From: Adineta vaga
Taxonomy: Eukaryota; Animalia; Rotifera
Direction: 5' to 3'
Length of the DNA stretch: 64,000 bases
NCBI GenBank assembly: GCA_021613535.1
Contig: CP075495.1
Coordinates: forward strand, 11,036,001 to 11,100,000
Of the stretch, positions 57,380-64,000 are shown piece after piece. Positions within the stretch are counted from its first letter, which is position 1. Each line of letters begins with the position of its first letter. The notes under the pieces were generated by a model. The model searched no databases. It saw only the letters and a list, made by a program, of their open reading frames with translations, and was not told the origin of the DNA. The position numbers and the translations under genes were made by a program.

Positions 57380-58553
57380 TCTATCCGTTTAATTTGTAAT
57401 CAATTAACCTGAAGATTTGTTGATTACGAATACTAAAAGAGAAGACAATATTTTTCGATTAAGCATATAAAAATAAGAGAGAAGGTAAAGAAAATCGATT
57501 GATATACATACGAGTTGTTGCCTTGCCATTTTCTGAGCCGACTTATGTAAAAATTCTTTTTTCCTGATAAAAATATGAAAAGTAAAAGAATCTTTCTTTA
57601 CCATGTGATAGATTTGTCCTTTTCTTCGCATCAACTCGAGTAAATAGAATCGAGATGTTGTGGTAACCGTGTTGACTGTTTTCTTACAAAGCAGTCCTGA
57701 CTCAATTTTTTCTTCAATGTCGTAAGAAAAATAACAAAAAAAAGGAGTTTTTATGTACAATACAGGTAGTCGCGCTTGTTTGTATGAAAAAAGTGCAATT
57801 TGAAAATTAAAAGATTTTACCCTGTAAAGTGTTCGGTGAAATTTAACTTGTGAATCATGACAGAATCGTTTTGGAAATATAATGTTGATCAGATTGTGTC
57901 AACTGGATTACACATGAATGATAGAAATTTGGTGTCAGTTTTGATGAATACTCAGTGAAAAGGAATAATAGAAACGAGTTTTTTAGTTGAAATTGTATAT
58001 TGTGTGATAGCTATCATATTTCTATGTTGTATTCTTGTAGAAAATATTAACTTGATAATCAATATACATTCGTTTCAAAAGTTAGAATGTACAAACAAAC
58101 ATCTATCTCTATTCATTCATCAATGTGATACGGTGTATAATGATATTTCTATAGCTTTTTCTCATAGTTTTAATTATTATTCTTTTACTTCAATATTTTC
58201 ATATTGTTTGGTAATACAAAAATGTCACTGTAAATTTGTTGATGTCGTCAAACACAGGTGAGTGCAATGCACAGTTCAATGATAGAATATTTCACACACA
58301 ATCAAAAATATCTGAGATAATATACGATTTTCATTGAGATTATCAATCCCAAATGATCAATTCGATGTATAAAAACGAGTAATTTGTAAAGATGATAGCA
58401 ATTGAAAATAGTTTTTTTCCGATTGCATTTGAACGTTCATAGGGAATTTTATTTGAAAGAAAGTATAGTTTCACTCACAATATTCAAGGAAAAGCTAACT
58501 ACATGATGAAACATAAGCAGTTTATGATCTCTTCGAGATTGGCTTTATTGAAT

Positions 58554-59013
58554 TTAATTGAAAGAAACTGTTAATGCATCGTTTTTGTTTTTGAAGAATT
58601 CGATGAGTTTTTGTCTGACATTGGTATTTTTTACACCATTATTTTCAAGATCCTTGCTGAATTCAGCTTGTAAACCATTGAAGAAAGCTACACATGTAGC
58701 ACCACCAGCTGCAAAACTATTTTGATTTGCTTTATTTGAAACATATGCAATTGTCAGGGGAAATTTTTGAGTACCATCACCTTTTGCTAAAGCTTCATTC
58801 AGCTTGCTTACAATTGTATTTGCTACTTCTGATTTGTTTTTAACAAAAGTACAAACAGTTGTAAAAGGATCTTTTTGTATCTGTTGGATAATACCTGCAA
58901 GAATGTTCGATGAGACAACGCCTATCATAAGGCATAACTAAAATAAAATTTGATTTTGAAATCTTTATTCTTTCAAGATTGAATTTACTTACGATGAGAA
59001 GAGTTTTATTCAT
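58554..59013 (-). CDS. Small secreted orphan protein (about 134 aa), 2 exons
   Basis: MNKTLLI|LCLMIGVVSS signal peptide across a GT-AG intron, followed by a helical-looking mature region with two Cys residues. Confidence 0.75.
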
Positions 59014-59098
59014 CGTTTGTTGCTAGTGTTTATGGTACGACTGAAACTTTCTTGTTGTTTTTGTTGTTGTGTTTGAATGCGTTCTGTAAATGTATGCG

Positions 59099-59110
59099 CG
59101 TATTTATACG
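59099..59110 (-). promoter_or_regulatory. TATA box of the secreted orphan gene
   Basis: Minus-strand cgTATAAATAcg in a locally GC-rich context, about 90 nt upstream of ATG 59013. Confidence 0.55.
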
Positions 59111-60509
59111 TCGACGAAGCATTGCGTTTGACAAAATTCTTTTTTCCTTTTTCTTTTTAATAATATATTAAAACTACTGAAGGTATAATTACTTGCTTTT
59201 CTATGGAATTGACATCGAGGATATGAATGAAATCTGCTTATGACCCGAAAATAATATTTATATGTCCTTATTCCATCAAAACAACTTTACCTCTAGAAGG
59301 TTTCACTTTCATTCATGCGATTAGATTGTGAAAAGATTAATTTGAATGGCAAGTAGCACAATACGTCGGCAGAAGAACACATATCAACAGAGTATATAGT
59401 TGAATTCCTACAATTTTATAAGAAAATCGAAACGATGTATTGAGAACTCTTATTCCAACAAAGAAAAAGGAACAGAGAGTAAAGTTCATGTTGATTTTGT
59501 ACACAAAGAAATCCGATTTTTTTCAACAACACAGTATGAATTGTCATTTCAAAAGAAAATTCAGGTAAGCATTTGTTTACCTATTGGTTGATTTAATTAT
59601 AGATGAACATCGCACTTATAAAATGTCATATTCTTTGAAATAATTAAAACTTTGCAAAAAAATGTTTTTGATGTTTTTCAACTCGACAAAACTTTGACCT
59701 AGTTCAATCATTTAATTAGACTTGAAGGTAATCTGAACTTTGACGTATTATATCTTCCAGGTGAAAAAATAGTTACTGAGGCAATTTACAGCTTAATAAA
59801 GTATTCTCATGACTTTGTTCTCGAAAGAAAAAGAAACTGCGTAGAAAAAATATCAGTTACATATTATAGAAAGAGATGAGCTTCCAAATGAGATTTTGAA
59901 AAATGCTAAAGTCATGAATTTATTTGTTTGCTAATTATGAAAAGTCAATATGTTTTCAAAATATAAATTTTCATCAATCTCTACTAATTAGAATAGATTT
60001 GTGAATAAAAATGCTTCGTTAAGCTGTTGCATCGGATTTATTTTATGTCAGATGATATTTTTTTTCCAATTTCATGAACTCTGTCATTTTAATATTATTT
60101 TTTAAATGAAAGAAATTAAACCTCATGTGACCGATTATAAATTTTTATTGCGATGCATGATTACTTATTTGAACTTTATAGAAAAGCTTCTGTATATCTT
60201 CAAAGAATCAAAAGCAAAATTTGTTTGCTTTTGTAAATTGATTTCAACCGTTTTCATCATTGTTTTCTGTTGAAGTCTCAGTATTTGTTCCTTTCCATGT
60301 AGCTATATTCCATAGTCGATAATTTGTTTGATTGAAATTCGTATTACTTAATTGGATGTGATTGTGCAGTGAAAGTTGTGGTCGATCAGAATCTGAAGAA
60401 AGTTTAGAGTTTATTTTATCTGACAAATTCAGCATGATGACTATGGGGTTTATAAACATGCAAATTAATCAAGAAGCGTCAGTATAAAACAGAGAAATAA
60501 AAAAAAAAG

Positions 60510-63500
60510 TTAAATTAGTTCGTCATCATTAGCAACATCTGATCGACTATAACTAGGTGTTGAATCCATGCCCAAGCCGATATGAAATGGAAACATGCAA
60601 AGTAATGAACGAAGTGCTGTATTAGCATATGAACCGGATGATTTTCTATCATCACTTATAACAGATGCTCCATCGCTTCCATTACCTGATTGCATTATAG
60701 CAGTACGTTGTTTAAGAAAAACAGCAGCTTGTTCATCGAATGCTGCACGATTTCGAATTAACTATAATGAATTATGTAAGAACAGCTTTACTAAAAATCA
60801 AATTAAATTATTACTTCAAATACGCGTGGTTGTATATTTTTATATGGTCTTCTTAAAAGAACTTCCGAGACGGGTACATCACGTAATGATACACGATTCT
60901 TCAATGATTCAATATTTGTTAATTGAACAAAACATTCTCCAATAAAATCATCTTTGACATAATCTTCGTCCCAAACACTTAAACGAAGTACAGCTCCACG
61001 TTCATGTAAAATATTCAATGGAAGACGATGCCTTAACAGAGAGAATGAAACAAAGGAGATATTCATGGTAGTTTTGTAATTGTAAATACTAACCATTGAA
61101 ATAATTCGTTATATTCCGGATTAACAGTTCGCTTACGTATACTTGTTTTATATTCCTTTGGAGTTTTTTGATAGAATGATGATGGTAATAATTCAAGAAT
61201 AACATAAGGGTCTGATGCACCAATATAATCCATCTTCGGTAAATTTCGACAACAAAGAACTGAAAAAGATAGAAAAATGTTTTTGTTTATTTCTTTTTCT
61301 TTTTCTTTTCAAAGAAGATCAACGTACTAAAAACAGATATTGTTACTAGACTATTGGCAATTTCATAGGCAGTACGAAAAACAATTTCTCCATTATTTGT
61401 TGGATATTCATGCTAAAAGATACGAAGTTCATATGATAAATTCAATCTTAAATACTAAATTAGTTACAGGAGAATGTATTTGACATATTTCTCGAAAATA
61501 ACATAATTGTAATTGTTCTGTTGTTAATGCACATGTTTGAAGTGTTCGTCTAAGTGTTGTTATTTCATCACATGGTGGACCAGGTAGATGTGGTTCTTCT
61601 CGACAAACAGCTTCGAAATAAGCTGCCAATTGATCAAATGATTGTAGAACTCTTTCATAAAAATTAGGCGGTTCTTGTAACGATAATAGTTCTCGAAGAC
61701 ATTGTAAAGTTTTTATACGTATTGCACAAGCAACACGTGAATATTGAACCGGTTCAAGGCCTTTATATAATTGATGAAGAATTTGTTGATCAATATATCG
61801 ATTGACGTCTTTCATACACTAGATTTTAAAAAAATGTGTTAAATAAATTTGATAGTTTAAGATTTCTTACATCAACTTTGCCGGCTTTTTCATCACGATA
61901 ATAATTGGATATTTTCACTCGTAAAGACGCATGAACTAATGTTGCGACATGTTCAAATATAAATTTGATTACGTCAGTCATTTCATGTTCAGCTGTTTTT
62001 ATTAAACGTTCTAATGTAACTCTTGTTTGTTGAAAATCATTCGATGCATAATTTTCAATCATTTTTTCGATTATACCAGAGAAATTTAAAAGATTTGGTA
62101 AGGAGGAAAGAACATTTCGTTTAACATATTCAATATCATTGACCAACATACATAACTAAAACATCGAAAATAGAGAACGAAAGAAATTTTTATTTCTGTT
62201 TACTTTTTTCGACACATTAAACGATCCCGTAAGATTTAAATTAGTAAAATATCGATTTTCCGATAATTTACGTGCTGTACGTCTTGCATAATGTTGGCAC
62301 TGTTCACAAATTGTATTCGTTAATTTAATCAATGCTGTATAGCGAACATTTATATCTGGATAATCAATGGATTCCCATTCTCGACAAATCTCAATTTAAA
62401 ACAAAAAAGTAACGTTTACATTCGTACTTCATATAACATCAATAAGGATTTACTTTTATACATAAACCAGTTGCAGCCATCGACGATCGAGAATAAAGAA
62501 CAATATCTTCTTCGGGAATAAGCTAAATAAAAGAAAAGAAGAAGAAGAATTCGATGCATTGAAAATGTTTACTATTTACTTCATTATCATCTTCGACAGC
62601 TCTTTCCATTGCTTGTCGAATATTTGCTACAAAACCTTCTAATAAAAATTTCATTGTTGGTGAAAACCATTGACGATATTCAATTAATTTCAGTCGAAAT
62701 GCATTCATTGCCCAGTCTCTATTCAAATTAGGGAAAACACATCTAGGAAAATATTTCTCATCAATGAAAACTTACCTCGTTTCAAGATTGTTTCTCAGTG
62801 ATGTAACAATCGTTTGTAGATATAAATATAAATTTAAAAGAAGAATTGAATATTGAATTAAATTTGGATCGTAAATAGATGATGTGGCTTTAACAACTGG
62901 TTTGGAATATGTTTCAAAACTATCAGTCATATTTGTTAATAAACATTTCGTTAATTCAGATAACTAAATATTAAAAGAATAAGTATTGAATTTCCAATTG
63001 AATCAAATTGAATCTTACGCGATCTGCTGCACTATCTGTTTCAAAAAAACATATCTTGGTATAATTGATATCGAATGATGCAAAGATTTTATTATATTCA
63101 GGTAGATTTGACATGGATTCAGCTATTTTTTTAACATAATCAAGAAAATCTCGAATTTTATTAAATTGAATATCTTCTTTATCGTTGAATACAAATGCAT
63201 GTACAGTAAATGAATCATTGATATCAATTTGAAGACGAGTTTTCATTATTTCTTCAAAATGTGTTTTCATAACTGTTTCATTCGAACAAATTTTCAATTG
63301 AAATAATGTACAAAGAGTACTAAAAACAAATCAGAAATAAATTCGTTTGCTTTCAAATATCTTCAATAGAACTTACTCGAAAATACTCTGAATATTTGCT
63401 AGATTTTCTTTCGATGGGAAAAACCATGGTGCATCACAATGAATACGTTGTTTATAATGTCCAATAAATAAATAGAATGTTTCTTTAAAAACTGTTTTCT

Positions 63501-64000
63501 ACAAAACAAAAGACATAAATTTTCATTTCATAAAACAAACTATTCATTGAATTTTACTTCATAATCAGTAAAACCGAGATCATCCACATCCGTTCTTTGT
63601 TGCACTTTATCCATAAACATTTTCAAATATGCTTCAATAACAGCTTGACTAATAAATAATGCATAATCTTCCGAACATCGAAGTTCCATAATTACAAGTA
63701 ATTGTCTAAAAAAGAAAAACATCGAAATAGCATTGCAATACATATCATTTATTGCTTTACTTACATAAATGTTTCAGATAATGTTGATATATTATATAAA
63801 ACTCGAAATTGAACAAGTATACTATAAGATAATTCATTCAATGCTCCATCCCAATCAATCATGATGCCATTCAATTTATCTCTATTCTAAAACAGAAAGT
63901 TTAGTTGTCAAGGTTTGTCTATGAGATAGGAAAGATAGTTACTGCTTCTCTTGCATCTTCTAATTGGTGTAACATAATTATTCGAAATAATTGATGATAT
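60510..64000 (-). CDS. BAIAP3/Munc13-4 (UNC13D)-like protein, MUN domain plus C-terminal C2; 5' end lies beyond the window
   Basis: QWFSP, QAMERAVEDD, YSRSSMAATG, MLVNDIEYV, and C2 domain CRNLPKMDYIGASDPYVILELLP...LRLSVWDEDYVKDDFIGECFV. Confidence 0.85.

Noticed and set aside
60244-60459. 71-aa ORF downstream of the BAIAP3-like stop, considered as an extra exon or readthrough
   Set aside because: No splice donor before the TAA at 60510-60512 and no readthrough context; probably 3'UTR.

Overview
AT-rich (roughly 30% GC by eye) eukaryotic genomic DNA, densely packed with genes. Most introns are short GT-AG introns of about 50-70 nt, and no intact transposon is recognisable. This architecture, the divergent orphan GPCRs and the bacterial-type genes sitting among core animal genes fit a bdelloid rotifer (Adineta/Rotaria-like); the taxon is an inference. 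About 20 genes are present: RECQL, a propeller-like orphan, a calmodulin-like protein, a cytosine deaminase, an ankyrin-like protein, a full-size ABCD transporter, an SDR, a PLAC8 protein, an NHE, myosin VI, SLC41, two GPCRs, a fucosyltransferase-like protein, a Ly6/quiver-like protein, a permuted papain-like protein, Pax3/7, a TRPM channel, a secreted orphan and a partial BAIAP3/Munc13-4. There are also decayed SEC63 and GPCR pseudogenes. Most interesting: (1) two probable horizontally acquired enzymes, an Fcy1-type cytosine deaminase and an intron-bearing SDR resembling the Vibrio NADPH-dependent blue-fluorescent protein; (2) a fused two-half ABCD transporter, unusual for an animal; (3) candidate microexons in myosin VI insert-1 and the NHE tail; (4) a possible trans-spliced RECQL operon and an intronic hairpin. 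I did not find a convincing multi-gene novel system. Exon boundaries were read by eye.
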